Source: Bifidobacteriaceae bacterium
GTDB taxonomy: Bacteria; Actinomycetota; Actinomycetes; Actinomycetales; WQXJ01
Reading direction: 5' to 3'
DNA: 64,000 nt
Assembly (NCBI GenBank): GCA_031270825.1
Contig: JAISXH010000026.1
Coordinates: 3,621 to 67,620 of the forward strand
Within the stretch, counting starts at the first letter, position 1; each line of letters starts with the position of its first letter. The notes below the pieces were generated by a model. It saw nothing but the letters and a program-made list of their open reading frames with translations, made no database searches and had not been told where the DNA came from. The position numbers were made by a program, and so were the translations under genes. Below are positions 1 through 10,100 of this stretch, piece after piece.

Positions 1-17
1 CACCAGTTCCGTGGCGG

Positions 18-275
18 ATGAGCGTGGCTGGCCTGACCGCGCGCCCAGAACTGACGTTCGCTTCCAGGGGTGACCTCCGAGTCTGGCTTGAGGCCAATGG
101 CCCGACGAGCGACGGCGTGTGGCTGGTGTTCGGCAAGACTGATGCGCTCGCCACTGTCAGCGCGAACGATGCCCTCGAAGCCGATGTAGAAACGGCACCC
201 GTAGGGACTGCACACGCCGTCCGTGAGGTCAACCTCGCTGCCCTTCCCATCGAACAGGTTGGTCTGGTGCGATGA
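18..275 (+). pseudogene. Truncated YdeI/OmpD-associated family protein (N-terminal fragment)
   Basis: ELTFASRGDLRVWLEAN..SDGVWLVFGK..ANDALE resembles the YdeI N-terminus; similarity stops near nt 180, before the usual ALCFGWIDG motif. Confidence 0.55.
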
Positions 276-442
276 CCTTTGCCGCGGCGGTGAGAATCCC
301 TTGTAGCTGTTCACGGGAGAGCATTCCATCGCGCCGGCCACCGGTCGCCGGACCCTGTAGATCCGCCAGGGCGGCCACCCGGCCGGCATCGCCGCTGCCG
401 TTGTTTCGGCTGCAAGCTGAACTGGTGGCCGCGCCGCGAGAC

Positions 443-478
443 AGGTAATATCTTACCTATAGGGGTAAGCTATTACCT
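443..478. promoter_or_regulatory. Two tandem palindromic operators upstream of marR
   Basis: AGGTAA-tatc-TTACCT (443-458) and GGTAA-gcta-TTACC (464-477), 20 bp period, in an AT-rich patch just upstream of the marR ATG. Confidence 0.65.
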
Positions 479-499
479 ATCAGCGGAAAGAGACCGTCG

Positions 500-976
500 A
501 TGGACTTGGAAGACACACTCACCGGCATGGACGCGGAGCGGGTGGTGTTCGGCGGGGTGTTCGCGGTGGCGAACCGGTTGCAGCGGGTCTTGGACCGGGC
601 GATGCCGCAGGTGACGGCGAAGCAGTGGTGGCTGCTGGTGATGCTGTCGATGTTCGACGCGCCTCCAACGTTGGGCGAGTTGGCGGACGCCGCCAACACG
701 TCCCATCAGAACACCCGCCAGGTCTTGGACAAACTGGCAGCGAAAGGCTTCGTCACTCTGGCGCCTGACCAACGGGACGGCCGGGCTTGCCGCGTGGTGG
801 CCACCGGCAAGGTCGAGGAATGGAGCAAGGCCACCGGCGGCCAGGCCCGCGAGTTCATGGCCGCGATGTACGCCGGGCTCAGTCCCGCCGAGCTAACCAC
901 CATCGCCAGCGGCTTGCTGCGCATCCACGACACGCTCGGCTGCATGGAACACACCGCCCGAACGAAGGAGAAATGA
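500..976 (+). CDS. MarR family transcriptional regulator
   Basis: 158 aa winged HTH: TAKQWWLL, TLGELA, SHQNTRQVLDKLAAKGFV, DQRDGR. Confidence 0.9.
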   Translation: MDLEDTLTGMDAERVVFGGVFAVANRLQRVLDRAMPQVTAKQWWLLVMLSMFDAPPTLGELADAANTSHQNTRQVLDKLAAKGFVTLAPDQRDGRACRVVATGKVEEWSKATGGQAREFMAAMYAGLSPAELTTIASGLLRIHDTLGCMEHTARTKEK

Positions 977-1443
977 TGCCCAACGCCATCGTCTACGCCT
1001 CGAAACACGGCGCCACCGCCGAAGTCGCCCGGCGTATCGCCGCCCACCTCAACGGGCGGGCACGCCTGTTCGCCTTGGACGATACCGTCCCCGACCTTTC
1101 CAGCTTCACAACGGTCGTGCTGGGCACGGCTGTCTATGCTGGCCAGCCGATGAAGGCGATGAAGGAGTTCTGCGGCAGCGCGCCGCTAAGCGGGAAACGG
1201 CTGAGCCTGTTCGTCTGCGGGATGGAACAAGACCCAGCCAAACGAGACGCGGAATTGGCCGCCGCTTTCCCCGAACAGCTACGTGCTGGGGCCATCGCCA
1301 CAGCCTTCCTGCCCGGTTGCTACCGGTTCTCCAAGATGAACATGGCCGAACGCTTCATCGTCAAACGCATCGCCAAGACCAGTGGGGACATCGACGCCAT
1401 CGACGATTCGGCCATCGCCAAGTTCGCGGCGGCGCTGTCGTGA
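976..1443 (+). CDS. Flavodoxin-domain protein (HemG/Flavodoxin_5-like)
   Basis: IVYASKHGATAEVARRIA FMN-binding loop, VVLGTAVYAG; ATG overlaps the marR stop. Confidence 0.85.
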   Translation: MPNAIVYASKHGATAEVARRIAAHLNGRARLFALDDTVPDLSSFTTVVLGTAVYAGQPMKAMKEFCGSAPLSGKRLSLFVCGMEQDPAKRDAELAAAFPEQLRAGAIATAFLPGCYRFSKMNMAERFIVKRIAKTSGDIDAIDDSAIAKFAAALS

Positions 1444-1904
1444 GCCGGGGAGGCGCCGCGACGGCACTGGGCTTCGCGTCGGTTGCCGTGGGCCTCAGCT
1501 TCTGCGGGTTCAATGTCTACTGGCTGGCGGGAGGGACAGCCGGTTTGGACACCATCCAGTCCGCCACGGCGGGCCCCATGCCGCAGGCCGTCATGGCGGC
1601 GATGACGGTCATCAAGGTTGGCCGGGCGCTGTTGGGCCTGGCGGCGGTGGGCGCGGTGACTCGCCGAATTCCGGCTCCGCTTCAGCGGATGGTCCGGATC
1701 TTGGCGTGGACGGCGGTGGCGGTCTTGGCACTTCGCACAGGTCCCTTCGTCATCACCGACATCCGGGTTGCGGCAGGCGCGGCCGATCCGGCAGGTATTG
1801 CCTGGTTCTGGAACGCCTGGTTCGCGGCCTGGCTGGCGGCGTTCCTACCATCTATGTGGCTGTCGAAACCAGCCAAACTTGACTCCCGGTCCACTATCGC
1901 GTAA
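1440..1904 (+). CDS. Small multi-pass membrane protein (DUF3995-like)
   Basis: GTGA overlap with the flavodoxin stop; about 4 hydrophobic segments; FNVYWLAGG motif. Confidence 0.6.
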   Translation: MSRGGAATALGFASVAVGLSFCGFNVYWLAGGTAGLDTIQSATAGPMPQAVMAAMTVIKVGRALLGLAAVGAVTRRIPAPLQRMVRILAWTAVAVLALRTGPFVITDIRVAAGAADPAGIAWFWNAWFAAWLAAFLPSMWLSKPAKLDSRSTIA

Positions 1905-1907
1905 CTT
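1879..1907 (+). promoter_or_regulatory. Sigma70-type promoter for the CPBP-TetR-MFS-ABC operon
   Basis: TTGACT (1879-1884), 17 bp spacer, TAACTT (1902-1907), followed by GAGGAAGG RBS. Confidence 0.55.
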
Positions 1908-1942
1908 GTACCGCTAGTCGAGTTTGAGGAAGGCGGTCACGC

Positions 1943-2842
1943 ATGGGTGGCACAATCAGGGCGTACAGGTCGGTCAAGTACTTCGGGTTGACGTTCGCGA
2001 TCTCTTGGGCGTGTTTCGGGATCGCGGCGGCGCGCAGCCGGGCCGTGACCGGCAATCTGATGGAAGACCCTGTGATCTCGCTGGGCATGATCGTGGGCCT
2101 GTTCGGGCCGCTGATCGCCGCTGGCATCTGCATGTCCGGGCGCGGCAACAAACCGATCCGCCAGGACTTCAAAGACAAGCTGACCTCGCTTCGGCGCATC
2201 AAGCCGGGTTTCTGGCCGGTCGCGTTCCTGGCCTATCCGGTGTTGATGGCCGTAGCGGTGCTGGTGTCGGTCCCGTTCGGCGGGTCTATCGACCAACTGG
2301 GCCTGACGGCGAAGTTCGCCATCGTGGAGGGCGCGGCGGCGCTCAGTTGGGTGATCGCTTTCGCCGCCCCGGCGTTGGAGGAACTCGGCTGGTCCGGATA
2401 CGGCATCGACGCGCTGCGGGGACGCGGACCGCTGATCCGGCCGGTCGTCCTGTTCGGGGTGCTGTGGTCGGCCTGGCATGTGCCGTTGTTCTTCGTCAAG
2501 GGCTACTACCACGCGAACCTGTGGGCCGAGAGCCCGCTCTACGCGGTCGCGTTCTTGGTCGGGGTGGTGCCCCTGACCGTGATCACGAACTGGATCTACT
2601 ACCGCAACGGCCGCTCCATCATCATGGCCATCGTGTTCCACGCGATGGTCAACGTCACCTCCGAGGCGTTCGAAGTCACCAACGCGACCAAGACCATCCT
2701 CTACGGACTGCTCATCGTTGTCGCCGCGGTCCTGATCGTCTGCGACAAGCGGTTCTTCCTCTCGCGTGACGAGGGGTTGGTCCCGCGGCTACCGAAGTCC
2801 AGTCAAGCGCCAACAGGGGCGCTGTCGAAGGCCGGGGCGTGA
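1943..2842 (+). CDS. CPBP (Abi/CAAX protease-like) intramembrane metalloprotease
   Basis: EELGWSGY, WSAWHVP and FHAMVN motifs; multiple TM segments. Confidence 0.9.
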   Translation: MGGTIRAYRSVKYFGLTFAISWACFGIAAARSRAVTGNLMEDPVISLGMIVGLFGPLIAAGICMSGRGNKPIRQDFKDKLTSLRRIKPGFWPVAFLAYPVLMAVAVLVSVPFGGSIDQLGLTAKFAIVEGAAALSWVIAFAAPALEELGWSGYGIDALRGRGPLIRPVVLFGVLWSAWHVPLFFVKGYYHANLWAESPLYAVAFLVGVVPLTVITNWIYYRNGRSIIMAIVFHAMVNVTSEAFEVTNATKTILYGLLIVVAAVLIVCDKRFFLSRDEGLVPRLPKSSQAPTGALSKAGA

Positions 2843-2843
2843 C

Positions 2844-3485
2844 ATGCCGAGAGGTTTGACGAAGAAGCACGGGGCGCGGGTGGGCGCGATCCTCGACGCC
2901 GCCGCCGAGTTGTTCGCCCGCAAGGGGTATGACGCGACCACCGTGGGCGACATCCTTGAGGTGGTGGGGATGGGCAAGGGCACGTTCTACCACTATTTCA
3001 AGTCGAAGGAAGAAGTCCTCGAGGCCGTGGTCGACCGGGTGGTGGCCCGGGTGGTCGAGCATGTCGAAGCGATCGCGGACGCTCCCGGGCTGGACGGGCA
3101 CACCAAGCTGCGCCAGATGATCGCAGGGGTCAACGTCTCGCAGACGCCTGATGGCGCGATCATCGAGGTGTTGCACGATGCCGCCAACGAGCGGTTGCAC
3201 CAGGCGAGCATCACCCGCACCGTCCAAGCGGTCGCCCCGATAATGGCGCGGGCCATTGAGCAAGGCGTCGCGGAGGGCGTCTACTCCACCCCGCGCCCGT
3301 TTGAGACCATCGAGTTCCTGCTGGCGGGCGACACGGCCATCTTCGACTCCGGGGCGTACACCGGGACGCCTGAACAGTTCGCTGCCCGCGCGGCCGAGTT
3401 CGTCAGGATCGCCGAACTCGCCCTGGGCGCCGCCGAAGGCAGCTTCGGCTTCCTGCTCGGGGCGCAGAACAGCGAAACCGCCTGA
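2844..3485 (+). CDS. TetR/AcrR family regulator
   Basis: ILDAAAELFARKGYDATTVGDI..GKGTFYHYFKSKEE HTH. Confidence 0.92.
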   Translation: MPRGLTKKHGARVGAILDAAAELFARKGYDATTVGDILEVVGMGKGTFYHYFKSKEEVLEAVVDRVVARVVEHVEAIADAPGLDGHTKLRQMIAGVNVSQTPDGAIIEVLHDAANERLHQASITRTVQAVAPIMARAIEQGVAEGVYSTPRPFETIEFLLAGDTAIFDSGAYTGTPEQFAARAAEFVRIAELALGAAEGSFGFLLGAQNSETA

Positions 3486-4780
3486 TGGGAAGACTGTTCT
3501 CGAAAGACTTCAGCCTGCTCGTCGCCGGGCAACTGGTCTCGGTGGTGGGGTCCGCGATCGTGCGGTTCGCCCTTGACTTGTACGTGTTGGACGTGACCGG
3601 GCGGGCCGACGTCTTCGCCCTCGTGCTGGCGTTGTCCAGCCTGCCCGGGATCGTCTTCACGCCCGTCGGTGGCGCCATCGCCGACCGGTTCTCGAAACGG
3701 AACCTGATGGTTGGCCTGGACGCCGCCAGCGCCGTGGTCGTCGCCGCCCTGATAGGCGTGATGGCCGCAGGGCGGGCCCCGCTCCTACTGGTCGGCATCG
3801 TCCTGGCACTGCTGTCCCTGGTCGCGTCTATGTACCAACCGACCGTGCAGGCCTCCGTCCCCGCTTTGGCGTCCGAGGCGAACCTGGCCCAGGCCAACGG
3901 GCTAGTCGCCGGGATCGGGGCGGTGGCCGCGCTGGTCGGCCCGGTCCTCGGCGGCGTCCTTTACGGTCTGGTCGGCATCGACGCCCTGCTGGCCGTCAGT
4001 TTCGCGGCATTCGCCTGCTCGGCCGCCTTCGAGCTGTTCATGCGAATCCCCTTCACGAAGCGGCCCGCCAGCCGGGGGATCGTGGTGACGTTGGCCGATG
4101 ACGTGCGGCAGGGCCTGCGGTTCGCCCGCTGCGGCAACCCGCTCGTCATGCGGATCATCCTGTTGGCGTGCGCCCTGAACATGCTGGCCGTCCCGGCGTT
4201 CGTCATCGGCGTCCCTTATGTGCTGCGGTTCACCCTCCACTCCTCCGACCTCATGTACGGGATCGGGTTGGGGTGCACCGAACTCGCGACCATCGTCGGA
4301 GCGCTCGGCGCCGGTCGCATCACCCGCCGCTTCAAAGTGACGGCCATGAACCGGCCGATCTGGCTGTTCGCGCTGCTGACCATCCCGATGGCCCTGGCTG
4401 TCACCCCAGCGGTGCTCTCACTGGGCTATTGGCCAGCATTCGTGCTGTTCTTCGGCTTCGAGATGGCCGCCATCATCGTGGCCACCGCGATGTCGGTGTT
4501 CGCCATCACCGAGATCCAGAAGGCCATCCCGAACGACTTGTTGGGCAAAGTCATGGGTGTCCTGCTGGCCGGGTCCCAAATCGCGGCGCCCATCGGCCAA
4601 ATGCTCTACGGCCTCGCCTTCGAGACCTTCAGCGGCGCAGTGTGGATACCGCTCCTGCTGGTGACAGCCTTCGCGGCGCTCATCGGGGCTGCGGCCCGAA
4701 CCATATTCAGATCAACCCCCAAGAAAGAGAGCGGTCATGACACCAGCGGTCTCGCTGACCAACATCGCCAAGGCGTATAA
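3485..4780 (+). CDS. MFS transporter (DHA3/MefA-like efflux)
   Basis: GQLVSVVGS, GGAIADRFSKRNLM motif A, about 12 TM segments. Confidence 0.9.
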   Translation: MGRLFSKDFSLLVAGQLVSVVGSAIVRFALDLYVLDVTGRADVFALVLALSSLPGIVFTPVGGAIADRFSKRNLMVGLDAASAVVVAALIGVMAAGRAPLLLVGIVLALLSLVASMYQPTVQASVPALASEANLAQANGLVAGIGAVAALVGPVLGGVLYGLVGIDALLAVSFAAFACSAAFELFMRIPFTKRPASRGIVVTLADDVRQGLRFARCGNPLVMRIILLACALNMLAVPAFVIGVPYVLRFTLHSSDLMYGIGLGCTELATIVGALGAGRITRRFKVTAMNRPIWLFALLTIPMALAVTPAVLSLGYWPAFVLFFGFEMAAIIVATAMSVFAITEIQKAIPNDLLGKVMGVLLAGSQIAAPIGQMLYGLAFETFSGAVWIPLLLVTAFAALIGAAARTIFRSTPKKESGHDTSGLADQHRQGV

Positions 4781-5474
4781 GGGCAGCCACCGCGCAGTGC
4801 TCAGATCCTGCGACATGACCGTCCGCCAGGGCGAGATCTACGGCTTCCTCGGCCCCAACGGCGCCGGGAAAACCACCGCTCTGAAGCTGATGCTCGGTCT
4901 GCTCACCCCGACAGCGGGCTCGGTGCGGGTGCTCGGGCTGGACCCGACCCGTCAACGCGAGGCCGTGTTGAGGGCAACCGGATCGATGATCGAGGTCCCG
5001 GTCTTCTGGGAACGCCTGTCAGCACGGGCGAACCTGGAAGTCCACCTCGCCTACATGGGACTCGGCGCCGAATCGGTGGACGACACCCTGAACCTAGTCG
5101 GGCTGCCGGACACCGGAAGCCAGCCCGTCTCGACGTTCTCGCTTGGCATGCGCCAGCGCCTCGGCTTGGCGAGAGCCCTGGTCCACCGTCCCCAACTGCT
5201 GCTCCTGGACGAACCGATCAACGGGCTCGACCCGACCGGCATCAAGCAGACCCGGCAACTGTTGCTAGACCTCGCCGGCCGGGGTGGCATGACCATCGTC
5301 ATGTCCAGCCACATCATCAGCGAAGTGGAACAGGTCGCCGACACCATAGGCGTCATCGCCGAAGGGACAATAGTGCGCGAGGTGGAACTCGCGACGGTCA
5401 GAAACGAACACAGCGGCGGGCTCGAAGACTACTTCTTCAGTGTCATGAGCCAGGGAGGCGTCCAACATGCGTGA
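4737..5474 (+). CDS. ABC transporter ATP-binding protein (BcrA/LanF-like)
   Basis: GPNGAGKTT, FSLGMRQRLG, LLLDEPINGLDP, SSH. Confidence 0.93.
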   Translation: MTPAVSLTNIAKAYKGSHRAVLRSCDMTVRQGEIYGFLGPNGAGKTTALKLMLGLLTPTAGSVRVLGLDPTRQREAVLRATGSMIEVPVFWERLSARANLEVHLAYMGLGAESVDDTLNLVGLPDTGSQPVSTFSLGMRQRLGLARALVHRPQLLLLDEPINGLDPTGIKQTRQLLLDLAGRGGMTIVMSSHIISEVEQVADTIGVIAEGTIVREVELATVRNEHSGGLEDYFFSVMSQGGVQHA

Positions 5475-6195
5475 ACTCATAAGGTTGGAACAGCGCAAGA
5501 ACACCCTGTCCACCTACCTGAAGATGTCTGCCTGGGTGACGGTCGGGGTGGTTGCGATGACCTGGACAATCGCGCTCAGCGCCGGGTCTGAGCCACCGGG
5601 GTCGGAAGAAGCGGCGTTGATGTCCAGCTACATCGGGCTGGCCAACCTCGCGGCAGTCATATCGATGGCGGCGTTCTGCGTGCTGTCCGCCGCGATGCAC
5701 GCCAAGTTCACGGTCGAGGAATACAGCGGCAACCGGGCCGTGCTCACCCTCTCGTGCCCGGCCCCCCGGAAGAAGGTCCTTGCCGCGAAAGTGGTCCTAG
5801 TGAGCGGTTTCACTCTCGTGGCCGCTGCGCTCTCCAGCCTTGCCTCGCTGGCTGTGTTTCTGCTGACCGAAGCCGTCTTCCCGGTGGTTCACGGCCCCTT
5901 GGAACCGCACATGATCATCCCTATGGCGGCGGACGTCGTGGTGATGTCGCTGCTGGCCGTGGCTCTGGGATTGATTGGGTTGGCCGCCGGGTTCCTGAAG
6001 CGATCCACCCCGGTGACGATCATCGCCGCCATCATCGCCGCCGCCTTGCTGTCCAGCCTGGCCTCGAACCTCGCCAAAGGCGACGGCGGGCACGCCCTGC
6101 CCATCGTCGCCGTCACCGCTATTGCCGCCATCGCCGCAGCTTTCGCGTTGACCAGGTGGATCTCCGGCACAGTCGAGTCGATGGAGGCCGCATGA
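5467..6195 (+). CDS. ABC transporter permease
   Basis: About 6 TM segments, EEYSGN..LSCPAPRKKVLAAK loop, overlaps the ATPase gene. Confidence 0.85.
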   Translation: MRELIRLEQRKNTLSTYLKMSAWVTVGVVAMTWTIALSAGSEPPGSEEAALMSSYIGLANLAAVISMAAFCVLSAAMHAKFTVEEYSGNRAVLTLSCPAPRKKVLAAKVVLVSGFTLVAAALSSLASLAVFLLTEAVFPVVHGPLEPHMIIPMAADVVVMSLLAVALGLIGLAAGFLKRSTPVTIIAAIIAAALLSSLASNLAKGDGGHALPIVAVTAIAAIAAAFALTRWISGTVESMEAA

Positions 6196-6230
6196 GGCGA
6201 TGTTGGAACTTGGCAACGGAAGTATTCATC

Positions 6231-6737
6231 GTGAACAACACTTGGCGCACTCATCCCGAAACTCCTGGCGACATCGCCGCCATCCGCGAGGTCACCCTCG
6301 CCGCGTTTCCCACGGCGCAAGAGGCCGACATCATCGACCTGCTGCGCACCAAGCCCGAAGCGTGGGTGGACGGCCTCTCCCAGGTCGCCACCGACCCGGA
6401 CGGCCAAGTCGTCGCCCACTGCCTCGCGACCCGCTGCGTCATCGGTCAGGGCGAGGCCCTCATGCTCGGCCCGGTCGCTGTGCTCCCGGCCTGGCAGAAG
6501 CGGGGCGCGGGCACGGCAGTCGTCACCGCCTGCCTCGCCGAGGCCAAACGCCAAGGCGAGCAGTTCGTGGTCTTGGTCGGCCATCCGACCTACTACCCGA
6601 GGTTCGGCTTCACTAGGGCCGACCGGCACGGCATCGGCGTCGGCATCGACTGCCCGCCAGAAGCGGTCATGGCGCTCAGCCTGAACGGCGACCCGCTCCC
6701 CGCTGGCGTGATCCACGCACCGGCCTTCGGCCTGTAA
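6231..6737 (+). CDS. GNAT N-acetyltransferase (YhbS-like)
   Basis: LGPVAVLPAWQKRGAG acetyl-CoA motif, VLVGHPTYYPRFGF; start inferred at GTG 6231. Confidence 0.88.
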   Translation: MNNTWRTHPETPGDIAAIREVTLAAFPTAQEADIIDLLRTKPEAWVDGLSQVATDPDGQVVAHCLATRCVIGQGEALMLGPVAVLPAWQKRGAGTAVVTACLAEAKRQGEQFVVLVGHPTYYPRFGFTRADRHGIGVGIDCPPEAVMALSLNGDPLPAGVIHAPAFGL

Positions 6738-6748
6738 CCCCACACCGG

Positions 6749-6782
6749 GGGCCTGCCACCAGATGACTGCGGTGGCAGGCCC
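6749..6782. terminator. GC-rich hairpin between convergent GNAT and methyltransferase genes
   Basis: GGGCCTGCCACC-10 nt loop-GGTGGCAGGCCC, perfect 12 bp stem. Confidence 0.65.
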
Positions 6783-6809
6783 TCGGCCTTGCGAGAAGGG
6801 AACCGCCGC

Positions 6810-7198
6810 CTACTGGCCGTGCCAGATGACGACGGCGCTGGGGAACGGAGCCGGATGCTCCGCGCCCTGGAACGTCAACCTACCCTTGACGTATCTGATC
6901 TCGTCAGCCTGCATCACATGGTCGTGCCACCAGCGGGTGTCCGTCCTGGACGGGATCAACAGGACCACGGTCTTGCCGAGCTTCGCTTCCGCGTGGGCTT
7001 TGGCGATCCATTTGGGTAGTTCGCGTCCGTAAGGCGGGTTCGCAAAGCTGCGCTGGCCCCACGCGACAGCCAGCCCGTCGAAGGCCGGTTCCGGTGGGCA
7101 GGGGTCGAAGTCGAACCCAAACTCAGCGTCTAACTGGTCGTAAACCGCCTGGGGGTCCGCCAGTCCATCCGGGCCGACGAGAACACCACCCGGTTCAC
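6810..7198 (-). pseudogene. Phage-type DNA N6-adenine methyltransferase (Dam, PF05869-like) with a 1 nt frameshift
   Basis: Manual translation: VNRVVFSSARMDWRTP / QAVYDQLDAEFGFDFDPC..FANPPYGRELPKWIAKA..VVLLIPSRTDTRWWHD..IRYVKGRLTF..APFPSAVVIW*; span 389 nt (one short of 390); the shift lies in a C5 run at 7151-7155. Confidence 0.85.
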
Positions 7199-10100
7199 GT
7201 CACGGCCCCAACCCGCCTGCGGCGGCGCGCCGCGGCGACCAACGCCAACCCGGCCAACACAGCGGCCGCGCCGCACGCCGCCCACGCCCAGGTCGTGGCA
7301 CCAGTGCGGGGCAGATCCCCTGGTGGCGGCGGCGTCGTCGGGGTAGGTGGTGGCGGCTCGGACCAGATGGTGCGTTCGTTGAGCGTGTCGAACCGGCCCT
7401 CAGCGAGGATGGTCCGTTCGGGGCCCTCGCCGGGCGCCCAGGCGGTCTCCTTGATCCAGGTGCAGCCCGGCTCGTCGGAGGTGAACTCCGGGGAGTGGAG
7501 GGTCTCGGTGGCGCCGGCGGCGATGTCGTGGTCCAAGACCACACCGCCGATCCGGATCGCCCCGGTCGTGTCCTCGGGGTCGGGCGGGTCGCAGGCCAAC
7601 TCGTCCGGGACCGCGCCGGGGTTGTTGTGGGGCGTGTGCTGGTACCAGAACTCGATCACGACGCCCTTCGGGAACGGACCGGTCAGGGTCGCCTCGTCTT
7701 TGATCTTGTCGCCCACGCTCGCGTGTTCGGGAGCGTTTGTGACGATCTGGGGTTTCGGCTGTTCCGGCGGCCGGACGATAGCCGATTCGGACACGGCCCC
7801 ACAGGTTCCGCGCCGGACGATGTTGCCGTCCTGGTCGGTGACGGTCTCGACCGTGTGGACCATGCCCGGTTCGTTTGGCACGGTGATCTCGGGCGAGGAA
7901 TAGTCGCCGACCCGCTCGACGGGCAGCGGGTCAGGGCTGGAGGCCAGCAGCGCGCTTGGCGCGCAGACCGCTCCTTGGTAGACCTTCTGGCCGGCCTCGT
8001 CGGTGACGACGGTGGGCGACTGGGCGTTGGCCGCGAGCGGCACGAAGTAGGTGTCCCAACCGGCTGCCCACCCGCTCATGTCGAGCCGTCGCCCATCCGT
8101 GTCGGGGAACCAGGCATGGAGCACGTCCACCAGCGCTCCGCCGGCCTCGACCTCGATGGCCGAATCGCGTTGGGCGGCTGTTTGCCTGGTCGCGTCTTTC
8201 AGGTCCGCTGGTGCCAGCAGTTGGGTGATGAACTCCGGGGCTTGGTGGATCAGCCTGATGGTCTCGGATTCCTCCCCGCAGGTCGACTGGTACGCCTCGG
8301 TGCGCGCGTCGCCAGGCCAGGTGACGACGAACGTGTAGGTCGCGTCCCCGCCTTCGGCCTTGAACCTGGACCCGGACACCCTCTGGGAGGCTCCCCAGGT
8401 GTTCAGCGCCAGGGTGGTCTTGTTGACGGCGATCAGCTTCGCCGCCGGGTTGTCCGCCGCGCAGGACTCGGGTGTCACCTCGCCCTCGATCCGCCACAGT
8501 TCGGTGGTTATGGTCTTCCCGTCGCCGGCCCACGGCCCGTACCCGTCCCACTGGGTGTGGCCGACCGCTCCGGCCATGTCGGTGTCGCCGGGCGCGTCGG
8601 GCCAGTCGATCTGCCAGATTTCGTCGGTGAAGAACACCTGTTCGTTGCCGTCGTTGGTCGCGGACCAACGTGTCGCGGCCGTGTGGATCACCGGAACCCG
8701 ACGAACCATTGTTGTCTCCACCGGAAGCCACAACGGGGTCGTGACGCCCTTCGCCAGGTAGTCCCTCGTCGCTTCTGGTTGTTCTGCCAGGTCGATGCCG
8801 AACACGAACCCGTAAGTCCCGTACTCGCCGTAGGAGACCTGATGGCAGACCCGTTGCGCGTGTTCCTTCCCGGCGGCGGTGAACGTGAGGGAGTATTGGT
8901 CCGCGACGGGCAGGTCGCCGGCTATGGCGGTGGTTTGGGGTCCGGGGACCGCCGAGTGGTACAGCTTCCCGTCCACCTTCACCTCGACGGGCTTGCCCGT
9001 GCCCCATTGGTCCAGCCACAAGTCAGCGGGGTTGGTGTGTTCGACCCACACCGTGTCGCAGACCTGGGCGGTGGCGTCGCCCTTCGGCTCGGCCACCGTC
9101 GCGTTCTCAACCTGAGATTGGATCGCGAGTTCCATCTGGGTGACGTGGGTTTCAGTTTGCTGCCCGAACTTGTCCGCTGGGTCGTTGTCGAACAGTTCGG
9201 CCACCTCTGGCACCTGGTCGGCGCGGTCGATCCGCCACACCCAGGTCCCATACTGCGAGGAGGGAACGGTGAACCCCGCCGGGGCCGGGACCGTGACCGG
9301 ATCGCGCCCCGAGGTGGGCAGGGTCACGTTGACAAAGGCCGTGCCCAACACTTCCGCGTCGGCGGGTGGGGTCTCGGAGATGGTGAACGATGACGCCGAC
9401 CCGGCGTAGAACGTCCCCGTCACCTTCACGACGGCAGGCTTTCCGTCGCGGGTTGAGATCCACGAGTCCCGCTCGTCCGGCAACGAGACGGTTATCGTGT
9501 CGTCCGGCGCTTGTCCCTTCGCCTGGAACTGGTCCGGCAGGGCCGACGCGACAGCCAACGTCATCGGGACGGTGAACCGCTCGGACAGGGTGAAGTAGTC
9601 ATCGCAGAACGGCCCACCTTTGGGCAGGTACTTCGCGTTCGCGCCCTGGTCCTCCGCTTTCAAGCACCAGCGCATCGCGTAGTGGCCTGATCCGGTGTCC
9701 GGCAGAGGGACGACGGCGGTCGCCCACTGGCCCGGCCCGGTCAACGTCGCTTTGGCCGGCTCACTAGACACGACCACGGCCCCCGGCGGGAGGCTCGCCG
9801 AGGCCGCCGGCGGGACGGTCGCTTTGGCGACATCGCCCGAGGCTGTAAACGGGAAGTAGGTCTTCGGTTGGGTTTGGGCGCCGTCCGCCCACTCCTTGAC
9901 CGGCCACTGCGAACCACCCACCGCGTCGGCTTTCACCTTGTCCACAACAGCCGTGGCGTCCCCGGACAACGCTTGGGAGGAGACCTCCGTGGCGATCTTC
10001 GGCTGCCACTTCGTCTCCGTTGGCGCGTCAGTGTCAGAACCGTCCGCCTCGACTTCAAGCGGAGTGATGGCGCGCTGCTCGCCGCCGGCGGCCTGGTGAA

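Noticed and set aside
7495-9393. 632 aa plus-strand ORF and other long antisense ORFs (e.g. 11273-12577, 48140-49510, 51754-53448)
   Set aside because: Shadow frames opposite well-supported genes, expected at this GC content, with no recognisable motifs
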